64,000 nt of DNA from Deferrisomatales bacterium (lineage in GTDB: Bacteria; Desulfobacterota; Deferrisomatia; Deferrisomatales; JACRMM01). The position numbers and the translations under genes are program-made. Where the stretch lies: positions 1 through 64,000 of the forward strand of contig JAWSUI010000016.1 in the NCBI GenBank assembly GCA_033551855.1, read 5' to 3'. Numbering within the stretch: position 1 is the first letter of the stretch; each line of letters starts with the position of its first letter. The notes under the pieces were generated by a model that ran no database searches, was not told where the DNA came from, and saw nothing but the letters and a program-made list of their open reading frames with translations. Below, one piece after another: positions 30,770 through 41,581 of the stretch.

Positions 30770-31936
30770 TCAGGCGAGGAGCTTGCTCGCGATCACCACC
30801 CGCTGCACCTGGTTGGTGCCTTCGTAGATCTGGGTGATTTTGGCGTCGCGCATCATCCGCTCCAGGGGGAAGTCCTTCATGTAGCCGTACCCCCCGACGA
30901 GCTGCACCGCGTCGGTGGTCACCCGCATGGCGACGTCCGAGGCCTTGAGCTTGCTCATGGCGGAGAGCAGCCCCGCCTCGGAGGACAGGCGCACCCTGCC
31001 CTGGCGCGCCTCGGCGTCGATCTGGGCGGCCGCACGGTAGATGAGGTTCCGCGCCGCCTCGATCTCGGTGGCGAGGTCGGCGACCATCCACTGGAGGCCC
31101 TGGAACTGGGACAGGGGCCGGCCGAACTGCCGGCGCTCCTGGAGGTAGGCCACCGCGAAGTCCAGGGCCCCCTGGGCGATCCCCAGCGCCTGGGCCCCGA
31201 CCCCGGGCCGGGTGCGGTCCAGGGTGGCCATGGCGATCCCGAACCCCTGGCCCTCGGGGCCCAGGAGGTTCTCCGCGGGCACCCGGCAGTCCTCGAAGAT
31301 GATGTCCGTGGTGGCCGAGCCCCGGATGCCCATCTTCTTCTCGTGCTTGCCGACCTTGAGCCCGGGCCGGTCCGCCTCGACCACGAAGGCGCTGATCCCC
31401 TTCACCCCCTGGTCCGGCGCGGTCTTGGCGAAGACCACGTAGACCTCGGCTAGGCCCCCGTTGGTGATGAAGCACTTGGTGCCGTTGAGCACCCACCCGC
31501 CGCCGTCGCGTACGGCCCTGGTGGCCATGGCCCCGGCGTCGCTCCCGGCGCCGGGCTCGGTGAGGCAGAAGGCGCCGAGGCAACGCCCCGTGGCCAAGCG
31601 GGTGAGGTGGCGGTGCTTCTGCTCCTCGGTGCCGGCGATCTTCAGGGGCGTGAGGGCGAGCTCCTGGTCGGCGATGATGAGCCCGGAGGAGGCGCAGGCC
31701 TTGGAGACCTCCTCGACGATGAGGCACAGGGTGAGGAGCCCCTGCCCCGTACCCCCGTACTCCTCCGAGACGTCGGCGCCCAGGAACCCGAGCTCGGAGA
31801 AGAGCTCCTTGATGTCCCAGGGGTAGTCCCCCGTGGCGTCGATCTCGGCCGCCCGGGGCTCGACGCTCTCCTTCACCACCCGCCGCACGGACTGCACGAT
31901 GGCCTTTTGGTCCTCGTTGAGACAGAACTGCTGCAT
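30770..31936 (-). CDS. Acyl-CoA dehydrogenase (short/medium-chain type)
   Basis: From ATG 31936; LTEPGAGSD, KCFITNG, KMGIRGS, RRQFGRP, GGYGY and IYEGTNQ motifs. Confidence 0.93.
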   Translation of the reverse strand: MQQFCLNEDQKAIVQSVRRVVKESVEPRAAEIDATGDYPWDIKELFSELGFLGADVSEEYGGTGQGLLTLCLIVEEVSKACASSGLIIADQELALTPLKIAGTEEQKHRHLTRLATGRCLGAFCLTEPGAGSDAGAMATRAVRDGGGWVLNGTKCFITNGGLAEVYVVFAKTAPDQGVKGISAFVVEADRPGLKVGKHEKKMGIRGSATTDIIFEDCRVPAENLLGPEGQGFGIAMATLDRTRPGVGAQALGIAQGALDFAVAYLQERRQFGRPLSQFQGLQWMVADLATEIEAARNLIYRAAAQIDAEARQGRVRLSSEAGLLSAMSKLKASDVAMRVTTDAVQLVGGYGYMKDFPLERMMRDAKITQIYEGTNQVQRVVIASKLLA

Positions 31937-32120
31937 GGCAACTCCTCGGTCTGAGCAGAGAACAAAGGGCAGCGAGCAGGAGGAGCCCCCCTTCGTAAAG
32001 CAACGGACCGAGTGGGAGCGGGCTCCTGTCCGCGACGTGGCCCGCAGGGTCATACCTCTCGAGAGACCGGGCTTCGCCCGTCATCGCGGCCGGGAGGCCG
32101 CTCCCAGTGCGCCCGTGCTC

Positions 32121-32160
32121 GTTTCATCCCTCGGGGTGACGGCAGGTCACGGGGAGCTCA
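32121..32160 (-). repeat. Repeat family C (40 bp), copy 1
   Basis: 35 of 40 positions identical to 37480-37519; both copies begin at the TGA stop of a minus-strand gene. Confidence 0.75.
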
Positions 32161-33360
32161 CTCCCTCTCGAGCAGGGTGGCCATACCCATGCCGCCGCCG
32201 ACGCACAGGGTGGCCAGGCCGTAGCGCTCCCGGCGCCGGCGCAGCTCGTGGGCGAGGCTGACGACGAGCCGCAGGCCGGTGCACCCCACCGGGTGCCCGA
32301 GGCCGATGCCGCTGCCGTTGACGTTGGTCCTCTCCCGGTCGAGCCCCAGGCCCCTCTCGCACGCCAGGTACTGGGCGGCGAAGGCCTCGTTGAGCTCCAC
32401 GAGCCCGATCTCCTCGAGCCCGAGGCCGGTCCGTTCCAAGAGCTTCCGGGTGGCGGGGACCGGGCCGTACCCCATGATCTCCGGGGGAACCCCGGCGCTG
32501 GTCTGGGCGACCACCCGCGCCAGGGGCGCGAGACCGAGCTCCTCGGCGCGGGCGCGGGACATCACCACGGCCGCCGCGGCCCCGTCGTTCAGGCCCGAGG
32601 CGTTGCCCGCGGTCACCGTGCCGTCGGCCCGGAACGCGGGCTTGAGCCGGGCGAGGTCGGCCATCCGGATGCCGAAGCGGGGGTGCTCGTCGGTGTCCAC
32701 CACCGTCTCCCCCTTCGGCCCCTTCACCGTCACCGGGACGATCTCTTCCCGGAAGCGCCCGTCCCGGATGGCGCCTTCTGCATTGTGGTGGCTCCGCAGG
32801 GCCACCTCGTCCTGGTCCTCGCGGGTGATGCCGTACTGGGAAGCGAGGTTCTCGGCGGTTTCCCCCATGATCATCTTCCGGGGGCCCAGGAGCCCGCTCC
32901 CGGAGTGGAGGAGCTCCCACACGCTGTCGGTCATCTCGCCGTGCATGAGCCGCTGGCCCCACCGGGCGGTCTTGAGCACGTAGGGGGCGTTCGACATGGA
33001 CTCGACCCCGACCACGAGGACCGCGTCGGCCTCCCCGGCCAGGATCTGGCAACGGGCCGACGAGAGCGCCTGCATGGAGGAGGAGCACTGCTTCTGGACG
33101 GTGTAGGCCGGCACGTCCACGGGGATGCCCGCGGCCAGGGCGGCAGTGCGGGCCGTGTTGGCCTCGTCGGGCGCCTGGATGCAGTCCCCGGCGATCACCT
33201 CGTCGAGGGTGCCGGGACCCACCCCGGCCCGACCCAGCGCCTCCCCCATGACGACGGCGGCGAGCTGGTAGGCCCGCAGCTCCTTGAACGCCCCCCCGAA
33301 CTTTCCGATGGGGGTGCGCACCGCACTCACGATCACGGCGTCTCGCTCGGTCCCGGCCAT
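32158..33360 (-). CDS. Acetyl-CoA C-acyltransferase (thiolase)
   Basis: RTPIG, KQCSSS (catalytic Cys), NEAFAAQ, GHPVG and CVGGGMG motifs. Confidence 0.95.
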   Translation of the reverse strand: MAGTERDAVIVSAVRTPIGKFGGAFKELRAYQLAAVVMGEALGRAGVGPGTLDEVIAGDCIQAPDEANTARTAALAAGIPVDVPAYTVQKQCSSSMQALSSARCQILAGEADAVLVVGVESMSNAPYVLKTARWGQRLMHGEMTDSVWELLHSGSGLLGPRKMIMGETAENLASQYGITREDQDEVALRSHHNAEGAIRDGRFREEIVPVTVKGPKGETVVDTDEHPRFGIRMADLARLKPAFRADGTVTAGNASGLNDGAAAAVVMSRARAEELGLAPLARVVAQTSAGVPPEIMGYGPVPATRKLLERTGLGLEEIGLVELNEAFAAQYLACERGLGLDRERTNVNGSGIGLGHPVGCTGLRLVVSLAHELRRRRERYGLATLCVGGGMGMATLLERE

Positions 33361-33388
33361 GAACCTCCTCCCCTTCCCTGTCCCCTCC

Positions 33389-35218
33389 TCACGCCGTCTT
33401 CCCTGCCCTCCCGTAGATCTCGGCGATGAGATGGGCGTATTTCTGGTAAATGGTCTGGCGCCGCACCTTCATGGTGGCGGTGACTTCGTCGTCGTCGTGG
33501 TCGAGCTCCTTGTCGAGGAGCCGGAAAACCCGGACCTGCTTGACGCGGGCGAGGGTTTCGTTGGCCTGCTCCACCTCACCGGCGATCAGGCCGACCACCT
33601 CCGGGAGGGCCGCGAGGCTCTTGAAGTTCGTGTAGGCGAGGCGCTGGTCCGTGGCCCACTTGCCCACGTTGTCGAAGTCGATCTGGATCAGGGCCGCGAC
33701 GAACTTCTCCCCCTCGCCGAGGACGATGGCCTCCTTGATGTAGGGGCTGACCTTGAGGGCGTTCTCGATCTCCGTGGGCGAGATGTTCTTGCCGCCGGCC
33801 GTGATGAGGATCGCCTTCTTCCGGTCCACGATCTTGACCTGGCCGGTTTCGTCGAGCTCCACCACGTCGCCGGTGTGGAGCCACCCCTCTGCGTCGATCA
33901 CCTGGGCGGTGGCCTCCGGGTCCCGGAAGTACCCGGCGAAGATCTGTTCCCCCCGCTTGAGGAGCTCGCCGTCCTCGGTCACCCGAAACTCGAGACCGGG
34001 CACGGCCGTGCCCACCGTCCCAAGCCGGATGTCGTCTCCGTGGTGGATGAACGAGAGGCCCGAGCACTCGGTCATCCCGTACCCCTCCTTGACCCGGAGA
34101 CCCAGGGCGTGGAAGAAGCGCAGCACCTCCGGGCTGACCGCCGACGCCGCCGAGAAGCTGAACCACGTCCGCCGGAGGCCCACGTAGTTCTGGAGCGCAC
34201 GGAACAAGAGCACGTAGCAGGCGGCGTAGGCGAGCCGGTCCAGTGCGGACCAGGCCCGACCCGCCAGCCGCTTGTCGGCCAATCGGTAGCCCTGGGCGGT
34301 GCACAGGGCGTACAGGCGCTGGCGCCAAGCCGGGGACTCCTTGATCCCGATGACGATGGAGCTCTGCAGCTTCTCCCAGATCCGGGGAACCCCCAGAAAG
34401 ACCGTGGGGGCGATCTCCCGCAGGTCTTCCTGGATGGTGCGCAGCGATTCGGCGAAGTTGACCGTGACCCCGAGGTAGAGCGACAGGAACACGGAGAAGA
34501 TCTGTTCCGCCACGTGGCAGAGGGGCAGGTAGCTGACCACCGAGTCCGTGGACGAGACCCCCGTGGCATGGATCATGGCCCGGGTCATGGCCAGGATGTT
34601 CCGGTGGGTGATCATGGCCCCCTTGGGGTGGCCGGTGGTGCCCGAGGTGTAGATGATGATCGCCACATCCTCGGGGCGCACCTGGGCGAGGAGCTCCTCG
34701 AACCGGCCGGGGGCTGCCGCCGCCTCCCCCCCCAGACGCTCGAGCTCGGCGAAGGGAACGATCCGGGGGTCGTCATAGTGGCGGAGCCCCTTCATGTCGG
34801 CCACCACGATCTTCTTGACCCGGGGCAGGCGGTCCCCCACCTCCAGGATCTTGTCCGCCTGCTCCTGGTCTTCGCACAGGACGACCGTGGCCTGGGAGTG
34901 ATCGACCACGTACTGGACCTCCGCCGCGGGGCTCGTGGGGTAGACCCCCACGACCCGGCCGCCGGCGGCGATGGCCCCGAGCTGGCCGTAGAGCCACTCG
35001 CGGCGGTTCTCGGAGAGGATGGCGAGGTTGTCGCCGGGCTCGAACCCCAGGCGCCCGAGCCCGAGGGCCGTGCGGCGCACGTGTCCCAGGTAGTCCGCCC
35101 AGGTGACCCGCTGCCAGATGCCGAACTCCTTCTCCCGCAGCGCCACCCGGTCCGGATGGGCCCGGGCCCGTTCGGCCAGCAGCCCCGTCAGGGTCTCTTC
35201 CCCGCCCTCCGGATTCAC
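33389..35218 (-). CDS. Long-chain fatty acid--CoA ligase (AMP-binding)
   Basis: From GTG 35218; [34 protein letters not shown] and GGKNISP motifs. Confidence 0.92.
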   Translation of the reverse strand: MNPEGGEETLTGLLAERARAHPDRVALREKEFGIWQRVTWADYLGHVRRTALGLGRLGFEPGDNLAILSENRREWLYGQLGAIAAGGRVVGVYPTSPAAEVQYVVDHSQATVVLCEDQEQADKILEVGDRLPRVKKIVVADMKGLRHYDDPRIVPFAELERLGGEAAAAPGRFEELLAQVRPEDVAIIIYTSGTTGHPKGAMITHRNILAMTRAMIHATGVSSTDSVVSYLPLCHVAEQIFSVFLSLYLGVTVNFAESLRTIQEDLREIAPTVFLGVPRIWEKLQSSIVIGIKESPAWRQRLYALCTAQGYRLADKRLAGRAWSALDRLAYAACYVLLFRALQNYVGLRRTWFSFSAASAVSPEVLRFFHALGLRVKEGYGMTECSGLSFIHHGDDIRLGTVGTAVPGLEFRVTEDGELLKRGEQIFAGYFRDPEATAQVIDAEGWLHTGDVVELDETGQVKIVDRKKAILITAGGKNISPTEIENALKVSPYIKEAIVLGEGEKFVAALIQIDFDNVGKWATDQRLAYTNFKSLAALPEVVGLIAGEVEQANETLARVKQVRVFRLLDKELDHDDDEVTATMKVRRQTIYQKYAHLIAEIYGRAGKTA

Positions 35219-36018
35219 GACAGCCACCTCTTCCTCCGCTTGTAGTGCTTGATCTCCCGGTAGCTGACGGCCCCCTGGCCCGAGCGCACCCCCAGGTAGA
35301 ACTCCTGCACGTCCCGATCCTGGCGCAGCACGCCGCTGGGGCCGTCGAGGACGACCTTCCCATTCTCCATGATGTACGCGTAGGAGGCGATCTCCAGGGC
35401 GACCGCGGCATTCTGCTCCACGAGCAGCATCGGCACCCCTTCCTCCCGGTTGATCCGCTGCAGGATGTCGAAGATCTCGTCCACCACCAGGGGCGCCAGC
35501 CCCAGGCTGGGCTCGTCGAGGAGCAGGCACTGCGGCCCCGCCACGAGAGCTCTGCCGATGGCGAGCATCTGCTGCTCGCCCCCGGAGAGGTACCCCGCGG
35601 TCTGGCGGTGCCGCTCTTTGAGCCGCGGGAAGTAACCGTAGACCTGTTCCGGGCTCATCCCCGCGCCCCGCCGCCCCCTGCGGGCATAGACGGCCACGGC
35701 GAGGTTCTCCTCCACCGAGAGGTCCCCGAAGATCCGCCGCCCCTCCAGGACCTGCACCAGGCCCAGCCGGGCTACCCGGTGGGGGAGCCAACCCCGGATG
35801 GAGCGCCCCTCGTAGAGGATGTCGCCCCGGGTGACTTCCCCGTCCTCCAGAGGAAGAAGCCCGGAAACCGCCTTCAGGGTCGTGGACTTGCCCGCCCCGT
35901 TGGTGCCCAGGAGGGCTACGATGGCCCCCCCGGGCACCTGGAGCGACAGCCCCTTGAGGACCAGGACGGCGTGGTTGTACACGACCTCCAGGTTGTTGAC
36001 GGTGAGGACCGGTTCCAT
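35215..36018 (-). CDS. LivF-like ABC ATP-binding protein
   Basis: GTNGAGKST, LSGGEQQM, DEPSLGLAP and VEQN motifs. Confidence 0.92.
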   Translation of the reverse strand: MEPVLTVNNLEVVYNHAVLVLKGLSLQVPGGAIVALLGTNGAGKSTTLKAVSGLLPLEDGEVTRGDILYEGRSIRGWLPHRVARLGLVQVLEGRRIFGDLSVEENLAVAVYARRGRRGAGMSPEQVYGYFPRLKERHRQTAGYLSGGEQQMLAIGRALVAGPQCLLLDEPSLGLAPLVVDEIFDILQRINREEGVPMLLVEQNAAVALEIASYAYIMENGKVVLDGPSGVLRQDRDVQEFYLGVRSGQGAVSYREIKHYKRRKRWLS

Positions 36019-36022
36019 GCGT

Positions 36023-37192
36023 CTACTGGAGCACGATCCAGTCCGAAGCGGGGACGAACCTCTTCTGCGCCGGGTCGGCCTTGTACACCCGCCCCGCCGG
36101 AACCTTGTTGTCGACGAAGGTCACCGGGGGCATCAGCCCTCCCACGTCCCAGTCCCGGATCGAGGCGAGCGCCTTGGCCAGGTTGTCGCCGTTGAGCTCC
36201 CACCCCTTTTCGAGGCAGACCTCCGCCGCCTTCACGAAGACCATGCCCGTGAACCACCCCTGGACGTAGGAGTTCGGCCGATGCTTGACGCCGGGGTGGT
36301 GCCGGGCGTTGAACGCCCGCATCTCGCGGATCATCGCAACGCTCTCGTCGTCGTAGTACGCGTAGGGGTTCACCCCCATGTAGCCGTCCGCGTCTTCCCC
36401 GAGCTGTTCCACGATCATCTCGTTCATGGACCAGAAGGTACCCATGAAGGTGGTCTCCAGGCCGTAGTCCCGGGCGCCCCGGATCACCTCGGGGATGGGG
36501 GAGAGCACGAAGCCCTGGAAGATGGCGTACTGGGGCTTCTTTTTCGTCAGCTCCAACACCTCGCTCGTCACGTCCACCGCCCCGACCTTGGTCACGATCT
36601 CGGCCACCACCTCCACCCCGAGCTCCGCCGCCTTCTTGCGCCCGTACTCGATGGGATCCTTGCCGAACTCGGTATCGGAGTAGAAGAACGCGACCGTCGG
36701 CTTGCCGCCTCCCTTGGGGTTCTTCGCGATGTACTCGAGGAGCACGCCGAACATGTCGCTGTAGGTGGGACCCGAGATGAAGGTGTAGGGGTATGTCGCG
36801 GGGTCCGCCAGTTCGGAGCTGAAGGAAGTGGACCCGTAGAGCACCTTGTAGGTCTTGTTCAGCTCCGGGGCGATGGCCTTGCCCTGGCCCGTGCTCTCCC
36901 CGTAGAACATCACGGGCTTCGACTCCGCCATGATCTTCTTGAACACGGCCACGGCCTTGTCGACCTGGTAGGCCGAGTCCTCGAAGATGTACTCGAAGGT
37001 GCGCCCCTTCACGCCCCCCTTCTCGTTGGCGTACTGGAGGGCATCGGCGAGCCCCTGGTTGATGTTCACCCCGGCGAAGGCGAAACGGCCGGTGATGGGC
37101 TGGGACGCCCCCACCTTGATCGTCTCGGCGGCAGAGGCCCCCAAGGGCAGTGCCAGGGCGAGGGCAAGAGCGGTCAGGACACGGTGGCGCAT
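36023..37192 (-). CDS. LivK-like ABC substrate-binding protein
   Basis: From ATG 37192 (MRHRVLTALALALALPLGASAA signal peptide); NEKGGVKGR and EFGKDP motifs. Confidence 0.88.
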   Translation of the reverse strand: MRHRVLTALALALALPLGASAAETIKVGASQPITGRFAFAGVNINQGLADALQYANEKGGVKGRTFEYIFEDSAYQVDKAVAVFKKIMAESKPVMFYGESTGQGKAIAPELNKTYKVLYGSTSFSSELADPATYPYTFISGPTYSDMFGVLLEYIAKNPKGGGKPTVAFFYSDTEFGKDPIEYGRKKAAELGVEVVAEIVTKVGAVDVTSEVLELTKKKPQYAIFQGFVLSPIPEVIRGARDYGLETTFMGTFWSMNEMIVEQLGEDADGYMGVNPYAYYDDESVAMIREMRAFNARHHPGVKHRPNSYVQGWFTGMVFVKAAEVCLEKGWELNGDNLAKALASIRDWDVGGLMPPVTFVDNKVPAGRVYKADPAQKRFVPASDWIVLQ

Positions 37193-37412
37193 GGGCTTAC
37201 TCCTTTCGGTTGCGGGGCACGAGCCGGCCGTAGACGGGATAACGGGATCGACACGATGGCCGGAAATCAGGTCTGAAAAGAGAGCCGGGGGCTCGCAAGT
37301 GCTGGGCCCGTCCCACGAGCCCGTACACGATGTGACCAACTCGCGCATCCGGTTCACCCGGTTATCCCCTCCACGAGACCGCCTCCTTCAAAGAAACCCA
37401 CCTTCCTTGAAA

Positions 37413-37446
37413 CCCCTCTCCCCCCGGGAGAGGGGCCCGGGGTGAG
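37413..37446. repeat. REP-like palindrome
   Basis: cccctctccc-ccc-gggagagggg-cccggggtgag. Confidence 0.55.
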
Positions 37447-37479
37447 TGTTGGGGGCTGGGGTGGGGGCGATCGGTCGGC

Positions 37480-37519
37480 GTTTCATCCCTCGAGGTGACC
37501 GAAGGTCATGGGCAGCTCA
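37480..37519 (-). repeat. Repeat family C (40 bp), copy 2
   Basis: Matches 32121-32160. Confidence 0.75.
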
Positions 37520-38560
37520 GTGGGGAAAGGGCCACAGCCGGAAGAACCGCCGGACCCGCTGCCAGATCTCCGCGAGGCCGTGGGGCTCGAAGAGCAGGAA
37601 GCCGATGATGAGGGCGCCGAACACCACCTCGGTCATGGGCGAGAGGAGCGCCATGGCTCCGGGGTAGTGGGGCCGGGCCAGGGCCGCCAGCGCCCGCAGT
37701 GCCTCGGGAACCAGGGTCATGAAGACCGCCCCGAGCAGCGAGCCTGCCACCGTCCCCAGGCCGCCCACGATGATCACCGCGAGGTAGTGGATGGAAGAAG
37801 CGATGGGAAAGTGCTCCGGGGTGACGATCTTCATGAAATAGGCCCAGAGCCCCCCTGCCACGCCCGCGTAGAACGACCCCACGGCGAAGGCCACGAGCTT
37901 GACGCGAAACAGGTCGATCCCGATGAGCTCCGCCGAGATGTCCCGGTCCCGCACCGCCACGAAGGCCCGGCCAGCCCGGGAGCGGCGCACGTTGGCGGCG
38001 AACCACGTGCCCAGGGCGGCCAGGGCGACGATCGGGCCGTAGAGCGCCCGGTCCGTCGGAAGCTCGAGCCCCAGCAGGGAGGGGGCCGGCACGTTGATGC
38101 CCCGCACACCGCCGGTGAGCGGGTCGGCGTTGACGAAGACGAACTCGGCGATCACCTGGAAGGCGAGCGTAGCCATCGCCAGGTACAGCCCCTTGATCCG
38201 GAGGCTCGGAGCCCCCACCACCACCCCCGCCAGGGCGGCCACGGCCCCGGCCGCGGGAAGCGCCAGGACCATGGGCACCTGCCACCGAGAGGCCAGTATG
38301 GCCGTAGTGTAGGCGCCCAGGCCCATGAAGGCGGCGTGCCCGAGGCTGATCTGGCCGGTGAACCCCGTGAGCAGGTTCAGTCCCAGCGCAGAGAGGGCCG
38401 TGATGCCCACCAGGTTCGCCAGGTACACCAGGTAGTCGCCGGCGACGAAGGGGAACACCACCACCGCCGCACCCAGGGCCGCCATCCAGGCCACCGCCGG
38501 GGGGGTCTTCAGCAGCGCCTCGTCCGCCGCGTAGGTTTCCTTGAAGTCGCCGATACGCAT
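37517..38560 (-). CDS. LivM-like ABC permease
   Basis: GQISLGHAAF, GLYLAMATLAF, GRAFVAVRD and IIVGGLG motifs. Confidence 0.92.
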   Translation of the reverse strand: MRIGDFKETYAADEALLKTPPAVAWMAALGAAVVVFPFVAGDYLVYLANLVGITALSALGLNLLTGFTGQISLGHAAFMGLGAYTTAILASRWQVPMVLALPAAGAVAALAGVVVGAPSLRIKGLYLAMATLAFQVIAEFVFVNADPLTGGVRGINVPAPSLLGLELPTDRALYGPIVALAALGTWFAANVRRSRAGRAFVAVRDRDISAELIGIDLFRVKLVAFAVGSFYAGVAGGLWAYFMKIVTPEHFPIASSIHYLAVIIVGGLGTVAGSLLGAVFMTLVPEALRALAALARPHYPGAMALLSPMTEVVFGALIIGFLLFEPHGLAEIWQRVRRFFRLWPFPH

Positions 38561-38635
38561 CGAGAGCCCTCAACTCCTCGCTGCTCGTTGGGGAATGCAC
38601 GAGCTCGCACTCGCTCCCGCCGCCGCGCAGCACCG

Positions 38636-39523
38636 TCACAGCCGCTCGATCTCCCGGGTGCCGAACAGACCGTAAGGGCGCACCAGGAGGATCGCGAGGA
38701 GCACCACGAAGGGCACCACCTCCTTGACCGAGCCGCCTTGGATGTAGGGGTCCAGGTAGCCCCCCGCCAGGTTTTCGAGGACGCCGATCATCACCCCGCC
38801 CACCACGGCCCCGAGAACCGAGTCCAGCCCGCCGAGGATGACGACGGGAAAGACCTTGAGGCCCAGAGCACCGAGCTGTGGGCTGATCCCGCCGATCGTC
38901 CCCACCACCACCCCCCCCAGGGCGGCCGCCATGGCCCCCAGGGCCCAACTGGTCCCGAACACCCGGCGCACGTCCACTCCCAGGGCGAATGCCGCGCCCT
39001 GGTCGGCAGCCGTGGCACGCATGGCGACCCCCGCCCGGGTGTACCGGAAGAAGGCGGCGATCACTGCCACGGCCACGGCGGCGATGAGAAACCCGTAGAA
39101 GAGGCGACTCGGGACGATCGCAAACCCCAAGCTGATGGGCTTGCGGGGAAAGATCGCGGGGAAGCCCCGGTACTCGCCGCTGTAGAGCACCTGTGCCAGC
39201 CCCTTCAGGAGGCTGGAGAGCCCCAGGGTGACCATGACCACCGTGATCGAGGCCTCGCCGAAGAGGGGGCGCAGCAGCGCCCGCTCCACTAGGAGGGCGA
39301 GGAGGGAGACCCCCACCATGGCCAGCGCCAGGGCCGCCGGGAAGGGTAGCTGCAGCGAGGTCATCCCCGTGTAGGTGAGGTAGGCCCCCGCCATCATGAA
39401 CTCGCCCGTGGCGAAGTTCAGAATCCCCGTGGCCTTGAAGATGGCCACGAAGCCCAGGGCGATCAGGGCGTAGACCCCGCCCACGGCGATCCCGCTCACG
39501 ACGAGCTGGATCAGGAAATCCAT
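38636..39523 (-). CDS. LivH-like ABC permease
   Basis: From ATG 39523; YALIALGF..LNFATGE, GVAMRA and ILGGLDS motifs. Confidence 0.92.
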   Translation of the reverse strand: MDFLIQLVVSGIAVGGVYALIALGFVAIFKATGILNFATGEFMMAGAYLTYTGMTSLQLPFPAALALAMVGVSLLALLVERALLRPLFGEASITVVMVTLGLSSLLKGLAQVLYSGEYRGFPAIFPRKPISLGFAIVPSRLFYGFLIAAVAVAVIAAFFRYTRAGVAMRATAADQGAAFALGVDVRRVFGTSWALGAMAAALGGVVVGTIGGISPQLGALGLKVFPVVILGGLDSVLGAVVGGVMIGVLENLAGGYLDPYIQGGSVKEVVPFVVLLAILLVRPYGLFGTREIERL

Positions 39524-40308
39524 GCCGAAGCCTCCTGTGCCCCCTTGGTGCCCAGATAGGCGCGAATCACCTCCGGGTGGGCGGAGACCTCCCGGGGCCG
39601 GCCTCGGGCGATCACTTCGCCGAAGTTGAGGACCACCACGTGGTCGGAGATGTCCATGACCATGCCCATGTCGTGCTCGACCAGGAGCACGGTGATCCCC
39701 CGCTCCTCCACCACGTCCAGGATGAACCGCGCCATGTCCTCGGTCTCCTCCCGGTTCATCCCGGCCACCGGCTCGTCCAGGAGCAGGAGCTTGGGCTGCA
39801 GGGCGAGGGCCCGCGCGAGCTCCACCCGCTTCTGGAGCCCGTACGGAAGGGACCCCACCGGCAGCCCCCTCACGTGCTCCATCTCGAGGAAGTCGATGAC
39901 CTCCGCCTCCACCCGTTCCCGCAGCGCCAACTCCTCGCGGCGGGCCCAGGGCATCTGGAACCCGGCGGCCAGGATTCCGGAGCGCAGGTGTCCGTGGGCG
40001 CCCAGCTTGATGTTGCCGAGCACGGAAAGCCCCTTGTACAATGCGATGTTCTGAAAGGTGCGGCCGATCCCCAAGTTCGCGCGCCGGTGCGGCGCGAGGC
40101 GGGTCACGTCGCTCCCCTCGAAGAAGACCTTCCCCCCCTCCGGCCGGTAGAACCCCCCGATCACATTGAACAGGCTCGTCTTGCCCGCCCCGTTGGGCCC
40201 CACCACCGAGGTGATCCGCCCGGGCTCCACGGCGAAGGAAACCCGGTTGAGGACCCGGAGCCCCCCGAAGGAGAGCGAGACGTCTTCCACCGCAAGGATC
40301 GGAGCCAT
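39511..40308 (-). CDS. LivG-like ABC ATP-binding protein
   Basis: GPNGAGKT, RTFQN, LPYGLQKRVELARAL, DEPVAGMN and VEHDM motifs. Confidence 0.92.
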   Translation of the reverse strand: MAPILAVEDVSLSFGGLRVLNRVSFAVEPGRITSVVGPNGAGKTSLFNVIGGFYRPEGGKVFFEGSDVTRLAPHRRANLGIGRTFQNIALYKGLSVLGNIKLGAHGHLRSGILAAGFQMPWARREELALRERVEAEVIDFLEMEHVRGLPVGSLPYGLQKRVELARALALQPKLLLLDEPVAGMNREETEDMARFILDVVEERGITVLLVEHDMGMVMDISDHVVVLNFGEVIARGRPREVSAHPEVIRAYLGTKGAQEASAWIS

Positions 40309-40412
40309 GAGACCCCCGGTGCCGGCGAAGCAGCCCGAAAAACACTGTTTTGTGTGAGGATCGGCGGTCAGGGGACCCGCTATGCGTCAGCCTGCCGCTC
40401 ACAGTGGGCGCG

Positions 40413-40441
40413 ACCTTATTGCATAGTGGTCACTATGTCAA
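40413..40441 (-). promoter_or_regulatory. Sigma70 promoter overlapped by a perfect palindromic operator (probable TetR site)
   Basis: Minus strand TTGACA-17 nt-TAAGGT; CATAGTG-GT-CACTATG at 40422-40437 overlaps the -35 and the spacer. Confidence 0.8.
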
Positions 40442-40473
40442 CGAAAAACCAAACGCCATCACACGCCGTCGGG

Positions 40474-41061
40474 CTACCAGTCCCCGAGCATCTCCAGGAA
40501 CCCCCGGGCCAATACGTCGATCGAGGGGTTCCCCTCTCGGAGGAGGCCCTGGATGGCGATCCCCTGAACGGCCCCAATGAAGGAAACGGCAGCGACCCGG
40601 GGGGACGACACGCGGGGGTGCCGGGCCAACACCTCCTCGAAGGGGACGACGAAGCTGTCGTAAATGCGGCGGATCGTCTCGAGGACCGGATCGCCGCTGC
40701 CCGCGAACTCCGTGGCGAGAGCGGCCAGGCAGATCGTGGCCTCCGGCTGGCGTTTGAAGTGCTCCACCATGAGGTCGACGACCCGGTGAACGCTCCCGGC
40801 CGAGGCGGGGCCCTCCAAGAGGGCGCGGTAGGCCTCGAGCCCCCGGGCCAGGCGCTCGAGCACGGCGTGCAGGAGCGCCTCCTTGCTCGCGAAATGGTGG
40901 AAGACGGCGCCCTGCGTCATGCCGATCGTTGCCGCGAGATCAGCCGTGCTGGTCTTGTGGTACCCCCGGCGGGCGAAGAGCTCGGTGGCGGCCACGAGGA
41001 TCTTGCGGCGCGTGGCCTGCGCCCTCTCGTCCTTGAGGTTCGGTCGGGGGGGAGGGGGCAA
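40474..41061 (-). CDS. TetR/AcrR-family transcriptional regulator
   Basis: TTG start after GGAGG; ILVAATELFARRGY..TSTADLA..GMTQGAVFHHFASKEAL helix-turn-helix. Confidence 0.9.
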   Translation of the reverse strand: MPPPPRPNLKDERAQATRRKILVAATELFARRGYHKTSTADLAATIGMTQGAVFHHFASKEALLHAVLERLARGLEAYRALLEGPASAGSVHRVVDLMVEHFKRQPEATICLAALATEFAGSGDPVLETIRRIYDSFVVPFEEVLARHPRVSSPRVAAVSFIGAVQGIAIQGLLREGNPSIDVLARGFLEMLGDW

Positions 41062-41226
41062 GGGGTGACCTCCGGGCACGAGGGGACGGAGACGGGGCCC
41101 TTCGCCGTGAAGATCGCCGGGCGCCGCCCGGCCGGGGTCGGAGCGCCCTTGCGAGTCTCGCCACGGCGCCTGCCCGGCAGCACCTTGCCTCACGGGGGCG
41201 CGGCTGTCAAAAGAGGGAAAAGACCA

Positions 41227-41420
41227 GGATCCGCCAGCTGGTTGGCAAGCGGAGTCCAAGGGCCCCTGCGCTTCGCGCCGCAATCCGCGGCCATTCGAAG
41301 AGGTGTCCCCGCAGTCACCGGTGCGCCGGGCTCTACCCGCTTGCGCCGGCCTCGTCGAGTCTGTGGATGCGATGCGGGGCTGTGCTCCGGAGCTCCCGAA
41401 GTCCTCCCCACAATGTGGGT
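41227..41420 (+). repeat. Repeat family B copy
   Basis: Collinear similarity to 43068-43262 (ggcaagcggagtcc, ccggtgcgccgggct, ctcgtcgagt..gtggatgcg). Confidence 0.8.
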
Positions 41421-41581
41421 CGCGGATTCTGGAAGAACGGGGACCGCCCTTCTGGATGGACATTCCGGCTCCGGACGCGGGCGCCGTCCTTGGCGGCCCG
41501 GCCCCGATCGCGGTAAGGTGCTCTCCCGAGTCCCCCCATGCCCCGGCGCGTCCCGCCGCTCAGCCCCACGGGAGGAGGCAG

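Noticed and set aside
30770..31936. Acyl-CoA dehydrogenase as cyclohexenecarboxyl-CoA dehydrogenase of the aromatic pathway
   Set aside because: It keeps the standard IYEGT catalytic Glu and sits in a separate fatty-acid operon; substrate cannot be assigned by eye.
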